From a virus (lineage: Duplodnaviria > Caudoviricetes): DNA of 64,000 nucleotides. Shown piece after piece: positions 1 to 10,800 of the stretch (position 1 is its first letter; each line of letters starts with the position of its first letter). The DNA is taken from the IMG/VR virus record IMGVR_UViG_3300044723_007969. One strand, 5' to 3'. The notes under the pieces were generated by a model, which was not told the DNA's origin, searched no databases, and was given only the letters and a program-made list of their open reading frames with translations. The translations under genes were made by a program, and so were the position numbers.

Positions 1-1
1 T

Positions 2-430
2 ATGAAAGATAACATAGTTTGTTCTGGAGCCATGTTCTACGCCACCAGCACCAAACGTTTCCTTTTCCTACAGAGGACTGATAAGAAAACACAAGGCATG
101 TGGGGATTGGTTGGTGGTAAAAGTAAATTCACAGAGAGTGCCTTCGAAGGACTTAAACGTGAGATTGAAGAAGAGACGGGTAGTGTACCCAAGTTCAAGA
201 AAGTGATACCTCTGGAGATGTTCACATCAAACGATCAGAAGTTCTTCTTCCATACATACCTCGTAGCCATAGAGTCAGAATTCATACCCAAATTGAACAC
301 GGAACACTCAGGATACTGTTGGACCGCTTTCGAATGTTGGCCCAAGAACCTACACATGGGACTGAGGAACACCCTCAACAATAAAAGTATAAAAGGTAAG
401 TTACAGACTATATTAGATTTAATAGTTTAA
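2..430 (+). CDS. Nudix hydrolase
   Basis: Nudix box GGKSKFTESAFEGLKREIEEETG; C-terminal EHSGYCW. Confidence 0.9.
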   Translation: MKDNIVCSGAMFYATSTKRFLFLQRTDKKTQGMWGLVGGKSKFTESAFEGLKREIEEETGSVPKFKKVIPLEMFTSNDQKFFFHTYLVAIESEFIPKLNTEHSGYCWTAFECWPKNLHMGLRNTLNNKSIKGKLQTILDLIV

Positions 431-990
431 AGCCTTCCGATCACAACCTGTATCACGCCCTCGTCGTTTGTGGTTTTATCTTCGACGCTTTTTCCTATTA
501 TTGTGCCTGCTGGTGGATCTGTGTCTTCTGTCCATGCCCGTGCATGTCCTGGAGTGGTGCTTGAAACCATCATATCTCCCTTTGAGACTGTGCCTATAAC
601 TTTTGTTGGTACTCTTCCCAATAACGCTATTGGCGGATGAAATTCATTTAACATTTCCGGTTGCCTGTGTGGACTGTTCATCACTGTGTAGGGATCTGTC
701 GACAACACACCTGCCACTCGCTTGTCAGCATCGCTTGTTGATTCTGTTATTTCTTTTTCTCCTCCGAAACTCACTACAGTGCCTGGTTCGTATACAGCGT
801 CTGCGTGGTAGCGTTCAGCCACGTCGGCGTATTTTGCCTCTCTCGCAACAGTTTCAAATCCACCTGCTGTGGAGTTGTCATGAATTCTTAAAGCATCATT
901 GGTTGTGTCTATTGTGACTTCTCCCAACGCACCTGTGAACGCATCGTTCTGTGAGCTGGTCCCTCTTCTAAATTGTAATGTTGTTGGCAT
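427..990 (-). CDS. small virion protein: Mtd-like N-terminal anchor plus C-terminal G2-like intramolecular chaperone/autocleavage domain
   Basis: N-term LQFRRGT...FTGALGEVTIDT; C-term YADVAERY..YEPGTVV.FGG..VAGVLS..ALLGRVP.KV..KGD; SD GAGGAG and upstream ATAAATA. Confidence 0.7.
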   Translation of the reverse strand: MPTTLQFRRGTSSQNDAFTGALGEVTIDTTNDALRIHDNSTAGGFETVAREAKYADVAERYHADAVYEPGTVVSFGGEKEITESTSDADKRVAGVLSTDPYTVMNSPHRQPEMLNEFHPPIALLGRVPTKVIGTVSKGDMMVSSTTPGHARAWTEDTDPPAGTIIGKSVEDKTTNDEGVIQVVIGRL

Positions 991-1014
991 AGTTTTCTCT
1001 CCTCGTATTTATTG

Positions 1015-2640
1015 TTATGCTCCCACGTAGGCCTCGTCCGCACCCAGATCTGTTGTCTCTGTGGTGCCGATCGGGTCCATCATGTCAAATACTGTACCCA
1101 AGTTTACACCAAATGCATCAGTACCACCTGTTTCAAACGGGGTCTCCGCGGTGTCCTGTGCGGCGTTCTTGGCCAGGTCATAGTTGCTATCTGAGCCCGG
1201 CATCGTGGATATCGTGGAATTGGGATAACTTGACCCGGATCCTCCTCCTCCACCGTCCGCCCATGATAGCACACCCGCACCGTTCGTTGATAAGACCTGT
1301 CCGGACGTGCCCGCGCCGTCGGGCAGTGTGAGTATGGTGTTCGATGTGACGGTTCCTGGAGCCCTCAAGGCAATGTACTGTCCACCCGCGGTGTCCTGTA
1401 ATCTCAACTGGCCCTGTGCCAGCACGTCTATCTGAGTGTTGATCTGCGGTGATGTTAAGGTCTTGTTCGTTAGTGTCTCTGCGCCTGTCAATGTTGCTAA
1501 TGCAGATGCTTCTACACCATCAACTGTGTCGGCATCCAGACCCGATCCCGTGCCATCCACGGTCTTGATCGCGGTCAGTATCTCTGATGCAGATTGATCT
1601 GCTGTCGCACTACTTTCAATGCCTGATAATTTTGTTTTCTCTGCGTCTGTAAAAGCGTTTGTATCAGAATTATTTTCATAAGCAGTTTTAATTTCTGCAT
1701 CAGTTTGATCAGCAGTCGCACTACTTTCAATACCGTCTAATTTAGTACCATCCGTGGCCACGTCCCTGCCATCCACCGTGCCGGTCACCGTGATGTTGCC
1801 GGTCACTGACAGTGCGTTGTTGGCCACCACCTGTCCGCTGAAAGTGGCCGAGGTGTCGTTGATGACTAGTTCGGCGTTGCCGTCTGCCGTCACTGTGATC
1901 GTTCCATCGGAACCTGTGTCTGTGACTGCTACTGAAGAATTTCCTTGTGTTATTGAAGTTGTAGAAACCGCCGCTATAGAATCGTCCACATATTTCTTTG
2001 TGGAAGCATCTGTGTCGGCCACCGGTTCGTTTAAAACCACAGCAGTGGATTCGTAGTCGTTAGCGATGCTGGTGTGTTGCTTACCCCTACCCGCCTTCTT
2101 TTTTAATACCTTCAGTGAGTTGTTTCCTGAGTCTGCGGACAGAGCCAGGTCACCTAGGTATATGGTCGAACCCGTCACGTACAAGGCCGCCCATTGTGAA
2201 GTGGGTGAACCTAGAGTGTATGTGTCATCGGCACGTGGGATTATATTTCCGCCCATGTCTATGTTGTCATTGATCTGTATAGCAGAGGAGTCGTCTGATG
2301 ATAAAGTGTTCACTACAAGTTCTGCCTGTGCCACTATCTTGCCTGTGCCATTTGGATCCAACACGAGGTTGGCGTTGCTTGGTGACTGCAAGGTCGATCC
2401 CACAGCAGTCAAGTCGCCTAGTGTGGCCGGCACATTTGTGAGTGCAGAACCATCGCCGGAGAATGATGTGGCCGTCACCGAACCGTTTACGTGTAAAGTT
2501 GATGTGGGTTCAGAAGTACCAATACCCACACGACTGTTCGTGACGTCGAGATACAGTAGGTTTGTTTCAAATGCTAGGTCGACTCCGTTCCTGGTCAGAT
2601 TGGACTTTAGGACCGACCCTGATATACGACCTATGGCCAT
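1015..2640 (-). CDS. tail fibre / virion structural protein
   Basis: T/G/S-rich; N-term MAIGRISG..NL.R.G.DLAFETNLL.LDVTNSRVGIGT shared with 3907-5889 and 7889-11611; DASTKKYVD motif; KL.GIESSATADQ repeat. Confidence 0.7.
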   Translation of the reverse strand: MAIGRISGSVLKSNLTRNGVDLAFETNLLYLDVTNSRVGIGTSEPTSTLHVNGSVTATSFSGDGSALTNVPATLGDLTAVGSTLQSPSNANLVLDPNGTGKIVAQAELVVNTLSSDDSSAIQINDNIDMGGNIIPRADDTYTLGSPTSQWAALYVTGSTIYLGDLALSADSGNNSLKVLKKKAGRGKQHTSIANDYESTAVVLNEPVADTDASTKKYVDDSIAAVSTTSITQGNSSVAVTDTGSDGTITVTADGNAELVINDTSATFSGQVVANNALSVTGNITVTGTVDGRDVATDGTKLDGIESSATADQTDAEIKTAYENNSDTNAFTDAEKTKLSGIESSATADQSASEILTAIKTVDGTGSGLDADTVDGVEASALATLTGAETLTNKTLTSPQINTQIDVLAQGQLRLQDTAGGQYIALRAPGTVTSNTILTLPDGAGTSGQVLSTNGAGVLSWADGGGGGSGSSYPNSTISTMPGSDSNYDLAKNAAQDTAETPFETGGTDAFGVNLGTVFDMMDPIGTTETTDLGADEAYVGA

Positions 2641-2722
2641 ACCTGGTACTCCTTATAATTGTGTTAGTGCAACATATGTCACACACGGTCTAGATATCAT
2701 TGCCGACCGACAGCAGTATAGG

Positions 2723-2730
2723 TATTTATA
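2723..2730 (-). promoter_or_regulatory. T4-type late promoter TATAAATA
   Basis: Exact TATAAATA on the minus strand just downstream of a terminator, upstream of 1015-2640. Confidence 0.75.
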
Positions 2731-2735
2731 CGCCT

Positions 2736-2766
2736 AAAAAAAAAGGCGATCCGAAGACCGCCTTTT
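2736..2766 (-). terminator. rho-independent terminator (cUUCGg loop)
   Basis: minus strand GGCGGTC-TTCG-GATCGCC followed by a long T run. Confidence 0.9.
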
Positions 2767-2793
2767 GATTCTACTAAAAAGTATGAGTATTTA

Positions 2794-3786
2794 CTAGTGG
2801 CTGACTCTCACTGCCGCTAATACTGATCCATTACCACTTGTTGTTTTGCTTGTAAGAGCTCTACCAATCACGTTGAATGCTGTGCATTCTGATTTCTGAG
2901 CCGCTTTAGCATAACCTGGTACTGATGCAGAAATAAGTCTGTCACCTTTGTTTACTGTACCAATAACTTTTACGTCAACTCTACCCGTCATTGCGATGTA
3001 AGGGTGAGTATCGTCTGAACCTGCGCCACCATTCATTTTGAATGCCGCTTGGTGTTCACCAGATACAACACCAAACACTTCGTCTGATGCTTCTTCGTTC
3101 ACTTTGCAAATTTCTTCTGCTCCGCCTAGTGCTACAACTGTTCCCGGTGCTAATACTTCATTCGCCGCAAATCTTTCTGCTACGTCTGAGTATTGTGCCG
3201 CTGTTGCTGTTCCTGTCAAGTTGGCTACTAGTGTTCCTACTGCGGAAAGAGTCAAGTCACCTGTACTTGCACCTGTTGCCGTTGTTGTTCCTAGTGTGAA
3301 CGTGTCTGCTGACTCGTCCCACATAAACACAGCATTGTCACCAGTTGATCCTCTTTCAAATACAAAACCAAGGTCGTTAGCGTTTGAGCCAGCGCCTGTG
3401 TTTAATTCGATAAGTGGGTCAGCATGAGTGGTAACAGTTGACGCAATCGTGGTCGTCGTACCGTTTACAGTTAAGTCTCCTGTCACTACAACGTTACCTG
3501 AGAACGTTGCTGACGTGTCATTTAAAACAAGTTCGTTGTTACCGTCTGCCGCCATGGTAATCGTTCCGTTTGTTCCTGTGTCAGTTACTGTGATCGATGT
3601 GTTTAATTGTGAAATACTGTTTTGTGATAGACCCGCTAGTGAGTCGTCCACATATTTCTTGTTGGCCACGTCACCGTCTGCCGATGGTGCCGCCGTCGCC
3701 ATTCCTGTTATGGTGTTCGCACTTGCTGATATTACTATATCACCAACTGAAATACCGTTGTGTACTCTAAAGTTTCTTGTTGTCAT
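2794..3786 (-). CDS. fibre-like structural protein with C-terminal G2-like chaperone domain
   Basis: GDLTVNGTTTT..DPLIELN module; C-term YSDVAERF..PGTVVALGG..GRVDVKV..KGD. Confidence 0.7.
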   Translation of the reverse strand: MTTRNFRVHNGISVGDIVISASANTITGMATAAPSADGDVANKKYVDDSLAGLSQNSISQLNTSITVTDTGTNGTITMAADGNNELVLNDTSATFSGNVVVTGDLTVNGTTTTIASTVTTHADPLIELNTGAGSNANDLGFVFERGSTGDNAVFMWDESADTFTLGTTTATGASTGDLTLSAVGTLVANLTGTATAAQYSDVAERFAANEVLAPGTVVALGGAEEICKVNEEASDEVFGVVSGEHQAAFKMNGGAGSDDTHPYIAMTGRVDVKVIGTVNKGDRLISASVPGYAKAAQKSECTAFNVIGRALTSKTTSGNGSVLAAVRVSH

Positions 3787-3834
3787 GGTTCCTATATCTC
3801 CCGCATGATTGTGTTTGATTTAATGATGAGCCGT

Positions 3835-3876
3835 AAAAAAACGCCCCAACAGTAGTATTTACCAATTGGGGCGTTT
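3835..3876 (-). terminator. terminator hairpin with a late promoter (TAAATA, 3856-3861) in its loop
   Basis: minus strand AAACGCCCCAA-ttggTAAATActactg-TTGGGGCGTTTTTTT. Confidence 0.75.
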
Positions 3877-3906
3877 AAAATTATCTCTAAGGTTTAGTTT
3901 TGCCTA

Positions 3907-5889
3907 CTACACTGCCGCTAATGAGTACTGTACTTTAGCCGCTGTTACGCCACCTGTGCTCTGTGCTTTAACTTCTACAGTACCACTGTTGTAGTTTGCA
4001 GTAATTGTCGCTAAATCACTTGATCCAGTGTTCGTAATACCGTACACTGTAATGAATGCAGTTGTACCGTCGTGTACCACTGTACCTTTCATTGCCGCGT
4101 ATTCTGTGTTTGCTGTGTCTGTTAACTGAATGAATATCTCAGCACTTCTGTAAGAAGAAGCGTTGAATGTCATTATGCTAGTTGCAGTTGATGTGAAGTT
4201 AACTGAACTCGTCTCAGATCTCGCAACACCACCTGTCACTAACGAAGTGTTGTCAGCACCCGTGATCGCAAAAATCCTTGCCGCACTGTGTGGGGCAGAA
4301 GTGAATGTGATGTTGGTACCTGATACTGTGTAGTTCTCAGTTGGTTCTTGGAACACGTTGTCGATGTAAACGAATACATTGTTCACGTTTTCTGGAGCCG
4401 ATCCAAAGAAACCTGTGAACGTTGTAGTTGATCCATCACCTGTCGCTGTCTCTTTGGTGAAAGTTGGAGCATCACCGGCAATCGCTATGTTAACAAATGT
4501 TGATCCATCTTGACAACCCTCATACTGTCCAGTCTGTGAGTTAAATCTAATGATACCTGTCGCACCTGTTGGTCTCTGTGATGTTGTACCAATCGGCAAT
4601 CTCCATGCATCAGTTGAACTTGAAGCATCTAAAACATAACCAGGTGTGTTTGTTCCGATACCGATCCTGTCTGTGCTGGCGTCAAGGTAAAGCAGGTTGG
4701 TCTCAGTCTGTCCTGAAAACACTGCGTCATAGTCTCCAAGACCACTGTTGTAGGTGAATGTTCCACCGTTGACTACTAGGTTGGTTGACACTGTCACAAC
4801 ACCGGTCGAGTCAGCGATTGCGATCGCCGCTGTGCCATCATTTGCTTTTACAGTGCTTGTCTGTAGGTCTGAAGTGATGATGTCTGCTGTTGTTGTTATG
4901 TTACCAGTAGAGTCTGCGATAGTCATTGACAATGTGCCGTCCGCGGCAGAAACTGTACCAGTTTCTGTGTCTACAAATGTAGCCACGTTGGCTCTTAAAG
5001 AAGCATAACTGTCGATAGTCACGTTACCTGCTGTGGTTCCATCCTCACCTGATGTGACCGCGAAAGCGAATTGGTCCGCTGATTCGTCCCAGATGAATGA
5101 AACGTTGTCGTCCGATCCTCTGTTGAAGAATAGACCTTGGTCGAACGTGTTGCCCGCTCCGCCTGAGTTGTTCTTCGCTAATGTTAATAGCGGATCTTCG
5201 ATAACCAGCGTCTGTGAGTCAATGGTGGTTGTGGTACCGTTTACAGTAAGGTCACCACCTATTGTGGCGTTTCCTGTGGTTGTCACTGTGGTGAAAGCAC
5301 CAGTTGATGCTGAATTGGCACCGATCGCTGTTCCGTCGATTTCACCAGACGCTACGTTGATCTTTGAAATAACTACCTCACCAGTTCCATCTGGTGTTAT
5401 AGTGATGTCACCGTTTGACACTGTACTTTGGATAGTTGAAGCAGTTGTTGAAATAGTTGTCGTTCCAAGCGTGATTAGTGTATCTTCAATCTTCGCTCTC
5501 TCTGTGCCTGCTATGTCAAATCTGATGATGTCTTCATCCGGATTTTTCTCAACCTGTATTCTTGTATCCTCGTCAGCGTCTTTAAGTGTATCACCTGAAG
5601 CCAGGTTGGCCCAAACATTGTTTGAGTAACCCTCAATAGTGCTAAGTGTACTGTTGTATCTGATCTGTCCGTTTGCCGCTGAACCCGGTCTCTGGGCTGA
5701 TGTTCCTGCCGGAATTGATATAGCATCAGTCGCCGAGATATGTAGTGTGGTTGCCGGCGAAGCCGTTCCAATACCTACTCTACTATTCGTTACGTCTAGT
5801 GCTAATAAGTTTGTTTCAAATGCTAAATCTGTTCCTGACCTTGCCAGATTGGCAGATAACATCTGTCCTGTAATTCGTCCTATTGCCAT
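3907..5889 (-). CDS. tail fibre / virion structural protein
   Basis: shared MAIGRI N-terminus; P.GT..QRP..G.IR(Y/F)N modules; D.D.DT.IQVE..DED.IRFD; GDGSTTTF..VYIDNV.QEP..NY module. Confidence 0.7.
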   Translation of the reverse strand: MAIGRITGQMLSANLARSGTDLAFETNLLALDVTNSRVGIGTASPATTLHISATDAISIPAGTSAQRPGSAANGQIRYNSTLSTIEGYSNNVWANLASGDTLKDADEDTRIQVEKNPDEDIIRFDIAGTERAKIEDTLITLGTTTISTTASTIQSTVSNGDITITPDGTGEVVISKINVASGEIDGTAIGANSASTGAFTTVTTTGNATIGGDLTVNGTTTTIDSQTLVIEDPLLTLAKNNSGGAGNTFDQGLFFNRGSDDNVSFIWDESADQFAFAVTSGEDGTTAGNVTIDSYASLRANVATFVDTETGTVSAADGTLSMTIADSTGNITTTADIITSDLQTSTVKANDGTAAIAIADSTGVVTVSTNLVVNGGTFTYNSGLGDYDAVFSGQTETNLLYLDASTDRIGIGTNTPGYVLDASSSTDAWRLPIGTTSQRPTGATGIIRFNSQTGQYEGCQDGSTFVNIAIAGDAPTFTKETATGDGSTTTFTGFFGSAPENVNNVFVYIDNVFQEPTENYTVSGTNITFTSAPHSAARIFAITGADNTSLVTGGVARSETSSVNFTSTATSIMTFNASSYRSAEIFIQLTDTANTEYAAMKGTVVHDGTTAFITVYGITNTGSSDLATITANYNSGTVEVKAQSTGGVTAAKVQYSLAAV

Positions 5890-5981
5890 TGTGTTTTCCC
5901 CTTATCGATAATTGTTGTCTTGCAAAACTGTAGGTATTTATTTAAAATCCGTATTACGTTGGTGTTAAATACCATAAGACA

Positions 5982-6521
5982 ATGAAAAGTGCGTATATTA
6001 CAGTTATTGGCAGTCTACCCATACGGTTCGATATAGAACAGGCCCGTGCCTTGGGACCAGTGATTGCCTCTGCCAATTCCAACAAGAGCACAACATTTGA
6101 CTATGCCACTGTGAACACCGAGACCAATCTACAGGACATGCTGAACTCTCCCAACTTTCGAGGAGCAGAACTGCTGGTGCCAGAGAAATTATTCAAAAAA
6201 TATGTGTTCTTTGATGGCGTGACCTGCCTGCCGGAGTTCCCAGGGCTCAAAAGTTATGACATAGATCCAGAGAAATGTTCATCACAGACATTGAGTCTGA
6301 TGTTGGCAGTCTATCTCAAACAGACCATAGTTTTCCTATTGGGATATGACATATCTAATCCCACGGAGCTCACGAGATTGAAAAGCATCATGATAGCAAA
6401 TCCCAACACAAAATTCATGTACATATGTGATCCCCCCAGGACGTATCAATTGGATGACCTGGATAATGGATTCTGTGACAACTACATCAAGTTACAGGAG
6501 TTGATTGATAATGCCAGGTAA
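5982..6521 (+). CDS. degenerate Maf/DUF115-like (glycosyltransferase-like) protein
   Basis: YITVIGS...SSQTLSLMLAVYLKQTIVFLLGYD parallels SSGPTALKLA..EIYILGFD of 19426-20052; TAAATA 10 nt upstream. Confidence 0.5.
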   Translation: MKSAYITVIGSLPIRFDIEQARALGPVIASANSNKSTTFDYATVNTETNLQDMLNSPNFRGAELLVPEKLFKKYVFFDGVTCLPEFPGLKSYDIDPEKCSSQTLSLMLAVYLKQTIVFLLGYDISNPTELTRLKSIMIANPNTKFMYICDPPRTYQLDDLDNGFCDNYIKLQELIDNAR

Positions 6522-6876
6522 ACCAACAATTTACAGATACAGCGTTAAGTTGATGTGGCCGGCCATGTGTCGTAATCGTAGTGTTGAGATATTGAAGGAT
6601 CGTCCGGATCTCGTTGATCAAATGAACAAGTTCAGGATCAAGATAGACAACGTCTTGAAGATAATATGCAGGAAGAACTTCCAAGTGGATGGCACGTACA
6701 TGATGTCCGGAGTGAGATTATGGTTCGAGTCAGGACAGGACTGTTATGATTTCATAATAAGGCAACCAGAATTTGATTGGGAAGTAAAACCAGAACTGTC
6801 AGTGATGAATACATTGACCAGTCAATTACAAACCTTTGATATTGTTTATACGCCCACTGGCGTGACTATAGATTAA
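6505..6876 (+). CDS. hypothetical protein
   Basis: 123-aa ORF overlapping the previous stop; probable ATG at 6511. Confidence 0.6.
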   Translation: MIMPGKPTIYRYSVKLMWPAMCRNRSVEILKDRPDLVDQMNKFRIKIDNVLKIICRKNFQVDGTYMMSGVRLWFESGQDCYDFIIRQPEFDWEVKPELSVMNTLTSQLQTFDIVYTPTGVTID

Positions 6877-7889
6877 TCAGCAAAACCGTGTAAAACCGAT
6901 ATCCTAGCACCTGCGTGTGCGGCCTCACCAAAGTCTATGGTTGTACCGGTTATGGTGTAGTTCTGTGTTGGTTCCTGCATCACTCCATCTATGTATACCA
7001 CAATGTTTTCAACCCCCGAAGGTGAAGTGCTCATTGTGAATGACTGTGTTGATCCGTCACCTGCGAATATATCCTTAACGACATTGTCCGCATCGTAGTC
7101 TGTCCTTAGGTTGGTGAACGTGGATCCGTCCTGGGAAACCTCGTACCTACCTGTTTCGGTGTTGAACCTTAGTACACCTTCTTGTGCAGATGGTCTCTGT
7201 GCTGTTGTGCCTGTTGGTACTATGATGCCTGTGTTTGCTTGGAACACGTACTGTCCTGTTCCTGACGTGTCAAACTCCATGTCGGCGTTGGAACTGGTTG
7301 TTGAAACCTGGTTGCCAGAGAATGAAAAGTCACCTGTGTCTGACACGTTGTTCTGTAATCCTAACGTTCCTGTGTATCTTGCTCCAGATACGTAAACTGA
7401 TTTGCCTGAGAAGTTTACTCCATCGGGCAAGTTGGTACCGATAAAATGTAAAACGCCGGATTGATAGTCAAAGAAATATTCATCATTGGCACCCGAACCT
7501 GCGGCAAAAACTTGATTGCTTATGTTAGCGGCGTTACCGGCATCTGACGACGTGTGTATGTAAACTTTCACACCATACGTTGCCCCGAACTCCGGTGGTA
7601 TCCAGTCAGTCAGCCCTGTCTTCCATGACCTACTTGTGGTTGATGTTGTGTCAGCGGTTGTTTCGTTTGGTGTGCCTGTTGGATAGACGGTTACCACACC
7701 TGAACTTGATCCCGGCATGGTTGCTGGTATTAGATTCGCTTGGTTCCAAGTCTTGTCACCCCTCAACAATAATGGAGATGCAATGGCTTCGTTGGGTGCC
7801 GCCTTGTTGGCATTTGTGTCCGTCTTGGTCGCACCATAACCGATCTTCTTCCAAAGGTAGTCTACTTTTTTTGCATCTGCTATTGCCAT
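6873..7889 (-). CDS. virion structural protein
   Basis: PTGTTAQRP..GVLRFN and GDGSTQSF..VYIDGV.QEP..NY modules; start overlaps the stop of 7889-11611. Confidence 0.7.
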   Translation of the reverse strand: MAIADAKKVDYLWKKIGYGATKTDTNANKAAPNEAIASPLLLRGDKTWNQANLIPATMPGSSSGVVTVYPTGTPNETTADTTSTTSRSWKTGLTDWIPPEFGATYGVKVYIHTSSDAGNAANISNQVFAAGSGANDEYFFDYQSGVLHFIGTNLPDGVNFSGKSVYVSGARYTGTLGLQNNVSDTGDFSFSGNQVSTTSSNADMEFDTSGTGQYVFQANTGIIVPTGTTAQRPSAQEGVLRFNTETGRYEVSQDGSTFTNLRTDYDADNVVKDIFAGDGSTQSFTMSTSPSGVENIVVYIDGVMQEPTQNYTITGTTIDFGEAAHAGARISVLHGFAD

Positions 7890-10800
7890 TACTCTGCTAC
7901 TCCCACTGACAGTGCCGTAACGCTGTCACCTGAATTCAATTTTATTCTGACCAAACAAGTGTTACCCACAGAGTTTGCTAGACTTTCCGTACCGAGTGTG
8001 AACGTGAACTGTTCATTTGAATATGTTGTGTTGTCTACGACTCTGTCACCACCTGTCTTGGCACATCCGTTTGATCCATTGCCTCCGTTACCGGTGTCTG
8101 CTCCTGGCACACCTGCACCAGCATATTGTGACGAACAATCCAGCCAACCATTTGCATCTGATGCCGAGTCGATTGCGGTACCTGGCATTGCAATAAACAT
8201 TCCTGACACCCTGCCCGACATAGTTATTGAGAACTGCGATACTGGAGTTCTCCTGAATGCGAACGTGTAGTACTGTGCCTCGCCGCCGTCCCTTGATGTG
8301 TTTAAATCAGGACCAACGGGTAGGTATCCCGAACTCAAGTCTGTGGTGAAGTGTTTAATCGTTCCGAATCTTGATATGGCTTCGGTAGTCCCCGCCACAG
8401 TAACAGCACCAGACCAAGCGTTGCTAGTGTAGTAATTAGTGGCTGAGTTGAAAGAAGGTGTGTCTGACGAGGACCCGAACCCTGTTATTCTTAGAGCATC
8501 GTCAGTGTGTGTACTGCCGTCCCCTAGAGAATCTGATACAGTTATACCGCCGGCTTCATTGTCTAATGTTGCTAATGTCCCACGATATACTTGAATTTTT
8601 GTTGCACTTGAATTATATGCTCCTGTTCCGTTTGCATTTTTACTTCTTGCTCTGATAGTTTTAACCGATTTCACATTGGTTGCGGTACTAATAGGAACTG
8701 TTACTGCTCCTATTGTGTAAGCACTGCCAACACCAATGTCCGTCTTAGGAATGTTTGAACTTAACATGGTAGTTGAACCATCTACCTGTGCGTATGTGTA
8801 CGCAGAATCTGTAATAGCATCATCTGACGTCGACTCTTGGTTGGTGTCGTTGTGTACTTGATGAGGTGAGTTGGTGTCTTGGTATGCTTGTCCTGTGAAG
8901 TTTGCAATGGTTGTACCAGTGACTGTGACTGTTGGTGATCCTGTGTTGTAGTATGGTACACCTGACACATAACGTTTGGATCCTGCTGTGCCTTCTGCCA
9001 CTGTTCCTATTGCTGTTGTGGGAACAGCAGTTATGTCATCTCTGACAACGTGTACAATGTTCGTGTTACCACCTGCTGAACTTTCTAGTCTTTGTGCATT
9101 TGATCCTACACTGTAATCTGTCAACGCTTCAGTAATTTTTGCAGTTGCCACTAAAAACATTCTTTGTGGTAATGTTAACACTTCATCTGCATCTCTATGG
9201 TTTGTAATTACAAGCGTGTCATCTGTTGTGTTGTTTGCTCCACCTTCTGCTGTTGTGAATGTTCTAGCACCCTTGCTGGCATTGTTAATTTTTGCAGTAA
9301 GTGTTTGGTTCACAGTTGATCCTGTGCCATTTGAATTGTTTGTTAAGAAGTTTGTACACGTATTTGTGTTTATTGTACCACTTGTATAACGTCTTGCTGT
9401 TGTTGTGTTTAAAGAGTCACCTGCCGATTGTGACGTGAATGAACTCGAGTTGTCTGTGAATCCATGACATAATTTTGGTGATGTACCTTGTGCAGAATCA
9501 CTCAATGTCAAACTTACCGCTGACAAATTTTGAGGTGCACTTGGTGTTGAATTCATCTGCCAATTGATAGTTTCCTCGTCGTCTTGGAAGATCGTGTCGG
9601 GTGTGCCATGAGCTCTCACCCTTGTCGTGAAGTTACCTGCACTTGTACCTGAGAAGTTTTTAGACAGGGTAGCACCTATGCTTCCTGCATTAGATCCATT
9701 CTCTGCAATAGTTGTTAAGTCACTGGAATCATCCTTGAAATCATAGTCATAATTGTCCGCATTCTGTGAAGTATTCGTGAAAGTTGTCAGTGCTCTGTTG
9801 GCCCCATCTAGGTCAACTACATCGTACAAGTCATACTGGTTGTCTCCACTTTTGGTTGAAACCACGTTTGACGTAGCGGCAATGTTCGCTCTCACGTCTG
9901 GCTCAACAATGATGTTTAAGTTTGCCGTATAAGGCGATCCTGTGTGTCCGTTTGCCAATGATAATGAAGTATTATAAGTTACAGTTGTTCCACCACTCTG
10001 TTGTCCACTAGTTAAATTGAAGGTGTTGTTGATTGTGTTACCTGTGTCACCTGACGATCCCGAACCAACTGCAACCACAGTGTTTGAATCTCCTTCTCCA
10101 AAGTTCCAAGTGTACTGTTGTGTTGCTGAAAAACTCGAATTCGCCCCCGGAAGTGTCGCTGTGTTGTTTGTGAATGTAACAGGAAAACCGTTCGTTGCTT
10201 CTTCATTGATTCCTCTGACACTGTTTGCGGCATAGGCCGCCGTGTGTGCTGAGTAAACTTCAAAGTTACTTGTTGCCTGTGCTGGTACCACAGCCGGGTC
10301 TGCTGTTGTGTGTGTTAGTAGTCTTAATTTGATTTGATATTTGGTATCACCTGTGCCTGTACCTGCAACTGTTGAACCATCATCGTTTGCACTGTTGTTG
10401 TAAGTGTGTGCTAATCTTGTTCCGCCATTAGTTGATGATCCGCCAGCGACGCCATTATCGCCTGTAACATCATTTTCTGAGGTGTCGCCCCAATCAATAT
10501 TATATGTTGTACTTGCGCCTGCAACATTTGTAGTATTATTTTGTAGATACACTGTGTCACCACTGTTGGCTGTTGTAATTGGTGAACCTCCTGATGCGGC
10601 CGCATATATGGCAAACGCAGGTACCGGTTGTGATGTGTACACTGTGATAACTTGGTTGGTTTGTGAATCACCTGAGTTTGCAAATGATCCTGAAGAACCT
10701 GATACTGCTGTGTTGTTGTATGCTTTAACAGAAATTGTGTAAGGCTGTCCAGAGTTTTCATCATAGTCATGGAATGGTGTTGTGGTAGTAACAGTTTGTA

